Of a stretch of 64,000 nt of DNA, positions 24,171 to 38,749 are shown in pieces. The position numbers and the translations under genes were made by a program. Numbering within the stretch: position 1 is the stretch's first letter; each line of letters begins with the position of its first letter. The notes below the pieces were generated by a model. It was not told where the DNA came from. It searched no databases and was given only the letters and a program-made list of their open reading frames with translations. The DNA lies in assembly GCA_964016885.1 (NCBI GenBank), contig OZ024754.1, forward strand, positions 23,684,001-23,748,000, written 5' to 3'. The DNA is from Eledone cirrhosa. Its lineage: Eukaryota.

Positions 24171-25166
24171 CCTTCTATATATATATATATATATATACTC
24201 CTCTATCAATTGAAAGAAACAAACTGCCATATATCAAAGATTACCACAATAACTAGGGAGCGGATGAATGGATGACCCAATGAGCTGGCTCCTGTGGTGG
24301 ATACCTAAACATAGTAAAACCTTAATGGGATGACTGAAAATGACCTACATAGATCAGATGTCTAGGGATGTTCAGGTAGGGATTAATGATCTCAAGAATG
24401 CCACGAAATAATATATATTAATGAACATTTATTATGGAGAAATATGTTGGAAATTATTCTCAGAGGTTTTGTATTGTAATCCACAAATACACCCTGTAGA
24501 CAGTTCAACTTCATATTGGTCATTAAGGTTTCTTATAGAGACACAATCTTATTTTATTGGTGAGGGTGGTGGATTGGTAGAATTATTAGAGCATCAAACA
24601 ACATGCTTTGTGTCATATAGTTACAGCCCTTTATGTTCTGAGATTCAATCCTGCCAAGGTCAACTTTGACTTTCATCCTTACAGGGTGGATGAAATAAAG
24701 TACCAGTAATGGACTGGGGGGTTCCTTTCCCCTTTCCTTAAAATAGCCAGTCTTGTGGCAAAAGTAGAAACAATTATTTAATGTCTATGTATGTAACAAT
24801 GGATATAATGCTTTCTGCCATATTTGTTCTGGTTCTCTGCTCTCTGAGTTTAAATCCTGCTGAGGTCAACTTTATCTTTTGTCCATTCAAGGTTGACAAA
24901 AAACAATACCAGTCTATCACTGGGGTCTGTTCTTCCCCTCTATATTTCTTTCTCCTCCTCTGGAAGAAATCAACTGTTCAAACCTGGAGAGTGAAGGGCT
25001 CCACCAAACTTCAAATGCCCATAGTGACACCCCTATGACTACATCAGTTCAACAGACAAAATAAAAGATTTATGTGTATATTTTATAATACCTAACTGGT
25101 TTATGTTTATATTTGTGACAAAATATCCACATTTATGTGAAAATAAAAACAATTTTATAACTTTAA

Positions 25167-25376
25167 CCCCTTAGTATCCACAGTATTCTATATATACTAT
25201 TATATTTTCATGGTAAATGTTTTATCTCACATAATTATCTCACATAATATCGATTCTATGAGATTTTGAAAGTATTTATTTTGAGAACAATACCAAAACA
25301 TCAGTTTGTGTGACCAGTTTCAACAGAAAAAGGTAGAGAATTCTGGCCGGTTTTGGCCGGTTTGAACATTAAAGGG
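25167..25376. mobile_element. piggyBac-like MITE
   Basis: TTAA|CCCCTT...AAAGGG|TGAA. The paralogous site at ~34357 is empty with a single TTAA. Confidence 0.7.
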
Positions 25377-25595
25377 TGAATATTTGTTGGATGGTACTTT
25401 TATCACAGTTAATATTATTACTTTGTTTAAAAATAATTCATATTTAAAAATACTTTAAATATGTGGAGTGGATGTTGCAGTGGGGGGGGGGGGGGTCTCT
25501 GGTTATACACCGTGGTAACACCTTTCCATTTTGTCTGTAGTGCGGGGCTGAGTTACAGCTCACACAGATGTATAGAGTATGTCCCTCTCCCATTA

Positions 25596-25780
25596 GGTGG
25601 ATTGGCAGTATGCGTAGAGGGTCGGACGCCATGCTTTGAAGGATAGAGTTACGTCCCTTTACGGTCTGAGTTCAAATCCTGCCGAGATTAACTTTGCCTT
25701 TCATCCTTACTGGGTCTAACTTGCATGAAACTACTTTCAATCCAATTGCTGGCCTTGTGCCAAAAATAGAAACAATTATT
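25596..25780 (+). mobile_element. tRNA-derived SINE
   Basis: Same family as 22776-22957. Confidence 0.65.
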
Positions 25781-26887
25781 TTAGTTGCTTCATTCGTTTT
25801 CATTTTTCGTTCTTTACATATCTAGTTTATTACCTCTAATAATGTGTTTTGTTTTAATATATACAGTTATGTAAAATTAATAATGTTATTTATACAAATC
25901 TGAATAAATTGTTAGCCTATTGATTGAACGTGTGAATTGACGTAACGGAAGTTGTTTCTGAATGTATTAAATTATATGGGGGACTTTTAAGTTATGTCAC
26001 CGCTGTCAACTGGACAGTGGAAAGTTATCTACAATTGCTCCATCGTTACAACTTATATCCACATTTATGTTTAACAAAATACTTCTTTACATTTCCATTT
26101 CTTAAATATTTTATTACATTTAATATTGTGTTTTGTTTTAATATGAACAGCTATGTAAAATTAATAATGTTATTTATACAAATCTGAATAAAGTACTAAC
26201 ATATTAATTGAACGTGTGAAGTAATATAACTGAAGATGCTTCTGAATGTATTAAATTATGTAGGGGACTTTCAAGTCATGACACCGGTGTCAACTAGGCA
26301 GTGTAAATTTACCATTTATATCAGCTCCATTGTTACAACTTAAACCTAATCTAATTTTATCTTTTATGGTGATTATTTCATATTAAGGTGAGCGTTAATG
26401 TTTGTAAATAACATAAGGTGACTTATTTACCTTATAGTTGTTGTTTTATCACCTGTATTATTAAATATTGAAGTGGTTGTTCAACAGTTTACAGGACAGG
26501 AAAATATTATTTTAATCAGAAATCAGTCAACATTTAGTTTTTACTAACTTTTCTTGATTTTATATTTGGTCTTGAAAACTAAAGTACGTATTATTTCGTT
26601 TTCCATCACAACACACACATTGTGAACTTTTCTATCTGAAGTGAAATATCTTGAATTATTACAACACCTAGACACATATTTCGACACACACACGTCTATT
26701 TCTCTCTCTCATACTTATACACTGTATGTCGTAAATATATATATATATATATTAACATTGGTCTTTTGAAATTATGGATATTAATTCTCTTGTGACCTGA
26801 ACTGTCCTCAATAAAAAGAACCTTAACTTTCAAAGACTGAGATTGTTAGTGTGCAACCATCCCCTCCCCTAGTCTATGATAGATTTG

Positions 26888-27860
26888 GCGGACTCCGCTT
26901 TTTATAGCAGTTGTGTTAGACCTCGGATACTTGCCCCCTTTTTCCGACCGCTCCCACTATTTTCCGTGCCTTCTATATTTCTTAGTGGCACTTATGCCTT
27001 ATTTCCTCGTTTCAGTATTTCTTTCTCCTCTTTTCTTTTGGGCGGGGTGGATTCTGAATTTATTTTACCGTATCCTACCTTTACTTCGTACGAACTTTCA
27101 TGTAGCTTGTATAAGATCTTTTAGAGATAGCATTAGTATTTTTTTTTTTTTTTCGGGACTCAGAATTATTATCTCGTACTAGTTCACTTTGCTGCACCGG
27201 GTGGTTGCTGGCATTGTGCCCGGGACAGAAACCTTTATTATTTATTTCGTGGTAGTTTCTTTAGCTTTTTGTTGACCCGTCACCGTATGATTTACGTACT
27301 TATACCTCTTAAAAGGGTCCTTGCCTATTCCGTCCCACCTAGTTTATTTACTTATTTCGTTATTTCTTTATTTCTTTCTTTATTTCTTTCTTTCTTTATT
27401 TATTTATTTATCTAGCCTAACAATAGCTAGAGACTTAGGTCGTAGAACTTGCTTTACTTTTTTTCTTTGCACTTATTCGCTTTTCTTCACTCTCAGTATT
27501 TTTTCTTTCATATATATATTTTTACCCCTCATTGTTCTACCTACCGTTCCGACTTCCTCCCCTCCCCCTCCCCCTCCCCAGTATCTTCTTTGACCTCATG
27601 CCCAGCTGTAGCTGGCACTACCAACGCATGATTGGGTCTACTCCACCCCCTCCCCCTTTTCTCCTACTGGCAGGTTCAGCCACCATCTCCCCTACTAATT
27701 TGCAATCACAGAATTACTACTGACTTTTGACAATCACTTTGACCATATATGGAATTACCCCTTGAGAAGCTCGGCTATTTAAATACCAGGATAAATTTTC
27801 ATTTAGTCCAGAATTAGCCGTCGAAACGGCTTGAGCTCAGCCGTCGGGGTCTTACTGGTT

Positions 27861-27863
<3 letters not shown>
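26888..27863 (+). mobile_element. PLE family A 3' non-coding region with terminal hammerhead
   Basis: Reverse complement of ~11022-12000. Ends GGTTCCT followed by (AT)n. Confidence 0.88.
27757..27850 (+). ncRNA. Type I hammerhead ribozyme (family A, U3-A8 core)
   Basis: ACCCC-TTGAGAA-GCTCGGCTA...TAGCCGTC-GAA-ACGGCT tgagctc AGCCGT-C^GGGGT. Cleavage after 27845. Confidence 0.78.
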
Positions 27864-27903
<40 letters not shown>

Positions 27904-28224
27904 CTACTTGGGGAGGGTCATATTTGTGTAATATTGCCAGAATTAATAACAGAACACACTCACTGTTTGGTTTGTTTTCGCTTTTCGCTTCTGTGTCTTT
28001 TATATCGGTTAATTTAATTTATTCGGTCCTCAATGTTGCCATTGACTGACCAACGGTCAAAAATACAGATACAATGTAGACAGAAACACATATATATAGT
28101 CTATCAAAGTTCTTTCGTTGCACATCTGCAACATCGCCAGTGGTGCTATTGTTTCCTCCTGTTGCATCGTATGTCTACGCCATCTTTATTTAGTCTGTTT
28201 ATATATTTATTTATTTGTTTATTT

Positions 28225-28266
<42 letters not shown>

Positions 28267-28269
<3 letters not shown>

Positions 28270-29093
28270 AGCAGTTGCCTCTCTTGTTGTGACACTCACA
28301 ACACCATCTAGACAGGAAGTAGAACCCTTTCTGTAACTTCCGGTCAGAACCCTATAAAGCTAACAACTTTAAGTTCTCACTCTCTCATTTGCCCTTCCGG
28401 CTTTATTGGACGTGATACGAACACGCAGCCGTTCATTGGTATAAGTGGTCACCCCCCCCCCCCCAATTCTCAACTCACGGAGATATCTCGACTCACAGAG
28501 ATAGCCGCACGCCAGAGATAACATCAACAGCAACACAGCTTCACCAACAACCAAAACCAGCAGAACAAGCCAGAGAATTTATTTTTGCAGCACTCTTCCT
28601 GTGAGAAAATCCATTCGGAGGTTGGAAATTTCACGATATACCACAGAACAGAAACCACCTGCATTCATTCTCTGGAACACACTTTCTTTCCTGCTGTCAT
28701 GTGATTGCACACCTGTGAACTATATTTTGTACATTTGAACTTTGAGCTCTTCTCTTACTTTATTACATTGTATCTTTGGGTGATGGATAGATAGATGTCC
28801 AGTCGTTCTCTGGCCAAGAGCGGTTGGCTACCTTCATATCTATCATTGATTTTTGCAAACATTCTTTTGTCGTAATTTTCATGCCTGTTACAATATTCTC
28901 GCCAACTTGCTACATATTTCATTCGATGTTTATATTCTAAAATTCTGGCGGGAGATTATGTAGCAGTTGCCTCCCTTGTTGTGACACTCACAACACCATC
29001 TAGACAGGAAGTAGAACCCTTTCTGTAACTTCCGGTCAGAACCCTATAAAGCTAACAACTTAATGTTCTCACTCTCTCATTTGCCCTTCCGGC
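28267..29093 (+). mobile_element. TRIM-like non-coding LTR element related to the Gypsy at 2019-5958
   Basis: 135-bp direct repeats at 28267-28401 and 28959-29093 starting TGTA. PBS-like TGGTCACCCC at ~28447. PPT TCTGGCGGGAGA. Internal ~28570-28745 matches 2570-2745 (reverse complement). Confidence 0.7.
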
Positions 29094-29764
29094 GCCTGGC
29101 CTTCGCCAGGCGTCTTCTGCCAGCCGCGTTTGCCTGGCAATCAAAACGGTAACTACTAACTTTGTTTCATTCTTTCATCTATTTCTTTGACATGACAACT
29201 ATACTGTTAAATTGTTAATTAAATATTATACACACAAACCATGTCTCCTTGTTACATTCATACAACCCAGTATCCCGCTATATATATATATATAAGATCA
29301 AAAGATGGTTAAATGAGTTCCATGTATTTTATTATGCGCATTTCAAAAACAAATATCATCATGCAATAACATTTGTGTTTTCATCAGATAAAATAGGAGG
29401 ACATGATATGAAGGTTAAAAACACTTGTGGATAGTGCAGTTTTAAATCAACATATGAAAAGTAGTTTTAGATTGATGTGTGATATTGGGGAAAACATTTT
29501 TTTTAGGGGAGAGGGGTGGGAGGTTGGAAAGGATGAAAAAGAGGAGGAGATGAGAGTAAAAAGTGGAGGGGGAGGAGTATAATGAGGAAGGATGAGATAG
29601 GAGGAGAGATGGCTGATAGAGAGAGAGAGATAGCTTTTATAACTGAGAAAAATATATTGTTTTACATAGAGAGGTTGAAAAACCGTTGGAAGATAATGTA
29701 TAAATTAAAAGAATTTGAAAATTAACGAAGAGAAAAATAATGTAAAGTTAAGGTTTGTATATTG

Positions 29765-29930
29765 AAGGGTTTAATAATATGTGCGATGAAAAGAAATTGT
29801 TAATATGTATTAAGAATAATATTTAAGGGTTTAATAATATGTGCGATGGAAAGAAAATGTTAATATGTATTAAGAATATTTTAAGGGTTTAATAATATGT
29901 GCGATGGAAAGAAAATGTTGATATGTATTA
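29765..29930. repeat. ~59-bp tandem repeat, about 3 copies
   Basis: AAGGGTTTAATAATATGTGCGATGGAAAGAAAATGTTAATATGTATTAAG... Confidence 0.85.
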
Positions 29931-30281
29931 TTAAAAAAAACACAGAAGTAATGTAAGTAAGGATATATTGTGAGATGAGCATGAATAAGTTAGATGATAG
30001 TGAGAAAAAAATAATGAATAGAGGATGAATAATCTAACGTCAAAAAAAATGTTTATGTTTACGAAGGATTTTTTCAAGGTGATATAAAGTAAGAATATAG
30101 TGTATGTGTAATAATTGTTTCTATGTTAGGCACAGTGAGAAAAGGTACAGATTAGGGGTTAGAAATTAAAAGAAAAAGCAAAATATAAGAAAAAGGAAAA
30201 GGAAGAAAGAGAAGTGATGAATAGGAATGATATAGAATATGATAAATAACTTTGAAATAAGGTAGAAAGATGGGTATATTT

Positions 30282-30608
30282 TTAAAGAAGTATATATATA
30301 TATATATGTGCCTTTGAGAAAAGGATTCTGAATTGATAAAGTTTAGGATATTTGCTGTATACTTTATGGAAAGTTCTGTGGAATGTATGCAAGCAGATAG
30401 AAAACAAGTCAGTGCGTCTATTTATTATAGAATATAAATTAGATATAATGGTAAATTTTTCATTCAGACAGAGATTGCAAGTCTTGGATAGAGAACTGTT
30501 CAAGTATGTAGAAGCAGAGGAAACCTTCTTCCAAGAGATGTTATATTTAATATTTTTGTCTTTCAAGGACCATATGCGTTCTGAGAGAGCCGTATTGGTT
30601 CTTTTAAG
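30282..30608 (-). mobile_element. Second-family PLE GIY-YIG C-terminal remnant
   Basis: TALSERIWSLKDKNIKYNISWK..CNLCLNEKFTII..INRRTDLFSICLH, homologous to 12892-13188. Confidence 0.75.
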
Positions 30609-30627
30609 TTTATATATATATATATAC

Positions 30628-32425
30628 CAGTGTACTTAGTGTCACGAATAATCAGAAAAAGGAGGCCTGGAAATGTCATTATGAGAGACTGATGAATGTG
30701 GATAATGAATGGGAGAGAGAGAAATTACCCTCAGTAGATACGATAGAGGGACCAGCTATTGAGATTGATGAATATAGGGTCCAAGAGGCGATTAAGGAAA
30801 TGAAAAATGGTAAGGCTGCTGGACCATCGGGAATAGTTGCTGAGATGCTAATGCATGAGGGGACGTAGGCACTAAGCTGGTTGCACGCATCATCAATCAG
30901 GCTATATATGGTGGTGTCATACCCAAAGACTGGTGCAGCAGTATTCTCATAAATTGCTACAAAGGTAAAGGGGATGCTCTGGAGAGGAGCAATTATAGGA
31001 GTATAAAACTGATGGATCACGTTATGAAAGTGGCAGAAAGGATATTAGCACAACTAATTACAGAAAGGGTCAAACTAGATGAGATGCAGTTTGGTTTTGT
31101 GCCTGGCAAGAGTACAACAGATGCCCTCTTCTTGGTGAGACAATTGCAAGAGAGGTTCTTAGAGAAAAATAAGCCACTATACTTAGCCTTTGTTGACCTA
31201 GAGAAGGCATTTGATAGGGTACCACGATCTGTCATCTGGTGGTCCCTAAGGAAACTAGGTGTTGAGGAATGGCTTGTGAGGACAGTGCAAACTTTGGTCA
31301 GAGGTACTGTCAGTAAAGTCAGGGTAGGAATGGAGTTTAGTGAGGAATTTCAGATACAAGTAGGAGTACATCAAGGTTCGGTCCTCAGCCCGCTCTTGTT
31401 TATTATAGTCCTCCAAGCCATAACAGAGGAGTTTAAGATTTGCTGTCCATGGGAACTTCTCTATGCTGACGATCTGGTTCTTATAGCACAATCAGTAGAG
31501 GAGCTACAGAATAAATTCTGGCTATGGAAACAGCAGTTGGAAGCTAGAGGACTGAGAGTGAACCTAGCTAAGACAAAAGTGTTGATGAGTAGAAAAGAGG
31601 ACAAAACTCAGATTCCGTCAGGGAAATGGCCATGTTCGATATGCTGAAAAGGAACTGGCATAAATTCTATAAAATGCACACAATGCAGATCCTGAGTACA
31701 CAAGAGATGTAGCGGGATAGCAGGCAAACTAACAGGTAGGGAGAAATATGTATGCAGTAGATGTACAGGGAAATTAGACAGTAGAATTCGCATTGATAGA
31801 TACATTTTTCAAATGCAGGCGGGTGCTATAGAAGTGGTGGATAGCTTCCGGTACCTAGGAGATCAGATTAGCATGGGAGGGGGGTGTTCCGAGGCCATAG
31901 TATCTAGAATAAAGACGGGTTGGAAGAAGTTTAGGGAGCTGCTTCTTCTGCTGATGAAGAAGGGTTTCTCCCTGCGTACAAAAGGCCGGTTATATGATGC
32001 CTGTGTGAGGAGCGCGATGTTGCATGGTAGTGAGACATGGGCAGCAACTGCAGAGGATATGCGACGGCTGGAGAGAAATGAGGCAAGCATGCTCCGTTGG
32101 ATGTGCAGTGTCAATATGCGTGAACGACCCAGCATGAATGTGTCGAGAGAGAAACTGTGTCTGAGAGGGATAGAATGTAGTGTACGGGAGAGGAGACTGA
32201 GGTGGTATGGACATGTGATGCGCATGGAGGATGACCGATGGGTAAAGAAGTGCCAGGAAATGCCAGTTGAAGGAGGTAGACCACAAAAACATGGGCGGTG
32301 ATGGTGAGAACAGACCTCAGATCGCTGAAGCTCACGGTGGAAATGCAAAGGACAAGTGGAGAGATGCTGTGCTGAATAAGACACGTCCCACCCAGGGAAG
32401 AGCGGACGTAAAATGATGATGATGA
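30628..32425 (+). mobile_element. 5'-truncated RTE-clade LINE (RT with stops and frameshifts)
   Basis: QFGFVPG, FVDLEKAFDRVP, GVHQGSVLSP, LLYADD, FRYLGD and RRLRWYGHV. Tail GGACGTAAAAT(GAT)n. Confidence 0.92.
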
Positions 32426-32669
32426 TATATATATATATATATATATAAGCACTTGTTTTTTCTTCATCCAAGATTAGGCTGTCATATGTCTTATTATTTG
32501 TACCAACTGAATTCTACATTATAACTTTGTAGAAAAAGAAAGCCATGTCCCTCAGTCTTTTATGGACACTGTATATTAGAATACATGGCATCTATTAACC
32601 ATATCTTCATTTCCTAATGTATCAGTAGAGTGGTGAGAATCCTTTATGTAAAGATCACTAGCTAGAAAT

Positions 32670-33402
<733 letters not shown>

Positions 33403-34724
33403 TAAAGCTTGAAAAATCCTTATCTTATTCGAAGATTACCACAATAACTAGGGAGCGGGGAACAAGACATACCAGACATTCCTATCGAAGAATGGATGTC
33501 CTGATGAGCTGGCTCCTGTTGTGGATACCTAAACATAGTAAGACCCTATGAAAATGACCTACATAGATCAGTTGTCTAGGGATGTTCAGCTGGGGATTAA
33601 TAATCTCAAGAATGCCACGAAATAATAATATATATTAATGAACATTTATTATGGAGAAATATGTTGGAAATTATTCTCAGGTTTTGTATTGTAATCCACA
33701 AATAAACCCTGTAGAAAGTTCTACTTCATATTTGTCATTAAGGTTTCTTATAGAGACACAATCTTATTTTATTGGTGAGGGTGGTGGATTGGCAGAATCT
33801 GTAGAGCGTCAGACAACATTCTTTGTATCATATAGTTACAGCCCTTTATGTTCTGGGTTTAAAAAAGTACCAGTAATGCACTGGAATTGATTTAATTGGC
33901 ATTCCTCTTTCTATTCCAATAGCTGGCGTTGATTTAAAAGTAAAAACATTTATTTAAAGTCTATAAAACAATGGATGGAATGCTTTCTGCCATATTTGTT
34001 CTGGTTCTCTGAGTTTAAATCCTGCTGAGGTCAACTTTGCCTTTCATCCATTCAAGGTTGATAAAAAAAAAGTATCAGTCTACCACAGGGTCTGTTCTTC
34101 CTATCTATATTTCTTTCTCACTCCCTCTCTCTCATTCTCTCTCTTTCTCTGGAAGAAATCAACAGTTCTATACTGGTGAGCGAAGGGCTCCACCAAGCTT
34201 CAAATGCCCACAGTGACACCCCTATGACTCCATCAGTGCAAGAAAACAAAACAAAATTGATGTGTTTATATGTTTATTTTATAAACCTTAACTGGTTTGT
34301 GTTTATATTTATGACAAAATATCCACATTTGTGTAAACAAAAACAATTTTATAACTTTAATATTTGTTGATGGTACTTTCATGACAGTTGTAATTATGAC
34401 ATATTTTTAGAAATAATTCACATTTGAAAATACTTTACAATTTTCTTCTCTTGCCAAACAAAGGTTTGGTAGGACCCTTCAGTTCTGTCAAAGACATGAC
34501 AACCTCTTTAGTACTGGTGCCACAATAAAATACACTCAGTAGAATGTGGGACCATATGTAAGAGGGATGTGGTCTCCCACTGCACCCTGGTTTGTAAAGA
34601 CCTGTCCCACCCTTGCTAGCAGGGAAAGTAGACATTAAATGATGTATGTTGTCATTGGTGCCAAGCTGTTTCAGCTATTCCCTTGGACAACATTATATAA
34701 AATATGTATGCAGTATATATATAG

Positions 34725-34857
<133 letters not shown>

Positions 34858-34868
34858 CAAACTTTTTC

Positions 34869-35620
<752 letters not shown>

Positions 35621-35658
35621 ATGTAACCTATTTGCAGCGCCGCAGCTCCATTATTATC

Positions 35659-35767
<109 letters not shown>

Positions 35768-35877
35768 TTGGAATAGAATGAAACGAAATTTCATTTCTCA
35801 CTCTTAGTACGGCACTTACTTAAATGTAAGTATGTATGTATACGTACATACATATATGTATACAGACGTACAGTAGC

Positions 35878-35948
<71 letters not shown>

Positions 35949-36097
35949 CAGGTACACATATATATATGTACGTATCAGTTTAGCGGACGTTTATTATAAC
36001 GCTCGCTTTGTCCGTTTGTAAACAAACTGACAGCTTGATTTATGCCGTACGGTGTTAAAGCAACCACGTCACCTTTTTGTTCAACACTGACACAGGA

Positions 36098-36140
36098 ACG
36101 ATGTACTAGTTTCAAGCTTGTTAGCTATCGTCAGCACCGT
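36098..36140 (-). ncRNA. Minimal type I hammerhead ribozyme (family D)
   Basis: ACGGTG-CTGACGA-tAGCT aaca AGCTt-GAA-ACTAGT-A^CATCGT. Confidence 0.88.
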
Positions 36141-36374
36141 ATACCCTTCTGCCAGATGGTTGAACGTTCGAAAGTATATACTTTCCTTATGAAAATTAAC
36201 GGCTGAGCAGCCTAATTTGCATATCGAGTGAGTTCAGTCGGCCAGGTGCACCGAAAACGATAAGTTGGAATAGAATGAAACGAAATTTGATTTCTCACGC
36301 TTAGTACGGCACTTACTTAAATGTAAGTATGTATGTATACGAACATACATATATGTATACAGACGTACAGTAGC

Positions 36375-36457
<83 letters not shown>

Positions 36458-36605
36458 CAGGTACACATATATATATGTACGTATCAGTTTAGCGGACGTT
36501 TATTATAACACTCGCTTTGTCCGTTTGTAAACAAACTGACAGCCTGATATATGCCGTACGGTGTTAAGGCAACACGTCACCTTTTTATTCAACACTGACA
36601 CAGGA

Positions 36606-36648
36606 AGGATGTACTAGTTTCAAGCTTGTTAGCTATCGTCAGCACCGT
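36606..36648 (-). ncRNA. Minimal type I hammerhead ribozyme (family D)
   Basis: Same motif with one distal stem I mismatch. Confidence 0.85.
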
Positions 36649-36867
36649 ATACCCTTCTGCCAGATGGTTGAACGTTCGAAAGTATATACTTTCTTTATGA
36701 AAATTAACGGCTGAGCAGGCTAATTTCCATATCGAGTGAGTTCAGTCGGCCAGGCGCACCGAAACGATAAGTTGGCATAAATCAGGCTGTCAGTTTGTTT
36801 ACAAACGGACAAAGCGAGCGTTATAATAAACGTCCGCTAAACTGATACGTATATATATGTGTACCTG

Positions 36868-37039
<172 letters not shown>

Positions 37040-37253
37040 GCTACTGTACGTCTGTATACATACATACTTACATTTAAGTAAGTGCCGTAATAAGAGTGAG
37101 AAATGAAATTTTGTTTCATTCTATTCCAACTTATCGTTTTCAGTGCGCCTGGCCGACTGAACTCACTCGATATGCAAATTATGCTGCTCAGCCGTTAATT
37201 TTCATAAGGAAAGTATATACTTTCGAACGTTCAACCATCTGGCAGGAGGGTAT

Positions 37254-37296
37254 ACGGTGCTGACGATAGCTAACAAGCTTGAAACTAGTACATCGT
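37254..37296 (+). ncRNA. Minimal type I hammerhead ribozyme (family D)
   Basis: Core CTGACGA at 37260-37266, GAAA at 37281-37284, GUA cleavage after 37290. Confidence 0.88.
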
Positions 37297-37447
37297 TCCT
37301 GTGTCAGTGTTGAACAAAAAGGTGACGTGGTTGCCTTAACACCGTACGGCATAAATGAGGCTGTCAGTTTGTTTACAAACGGACAAAGCGAGCGTTATAA
37401 TAAACGTCCGCTAAACTGATACGTACATATATATATATGTCTACCTG

Positions 37448-37484
<37 letters not shown>

Positions 37485-37537
37485 TACTGTACATCTGTAT
37501 AGATATATGTATGTACGTATACATACATACTTACATA

Positions 37538-38487
<950 letters not shown>

Positions 38488-38575
38488 TTGCTCTACGGTT
38501 CTTATATATTTGATATATATTTATCCTTATCGAGCCCTCTTTGGATTTTAGTCTTCAATTTTATTATTATACTAT

Positions 38576-38648
<73 letters not shown>

Positions 38649-38649
38649 C

Positions 38650-38718
<69 letters not shown>

Positions 38719-38749
38719 AACATACATATATATATGTATATATATATAT

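Noticed and set aside
29328-29370. Minus-strand ATGATGA...GAAATGCGCATA, a possible decayed hammerhead of the 30282 PLE
   Set aside because: C3 is missing, there is no stem II, and stem I is poor.
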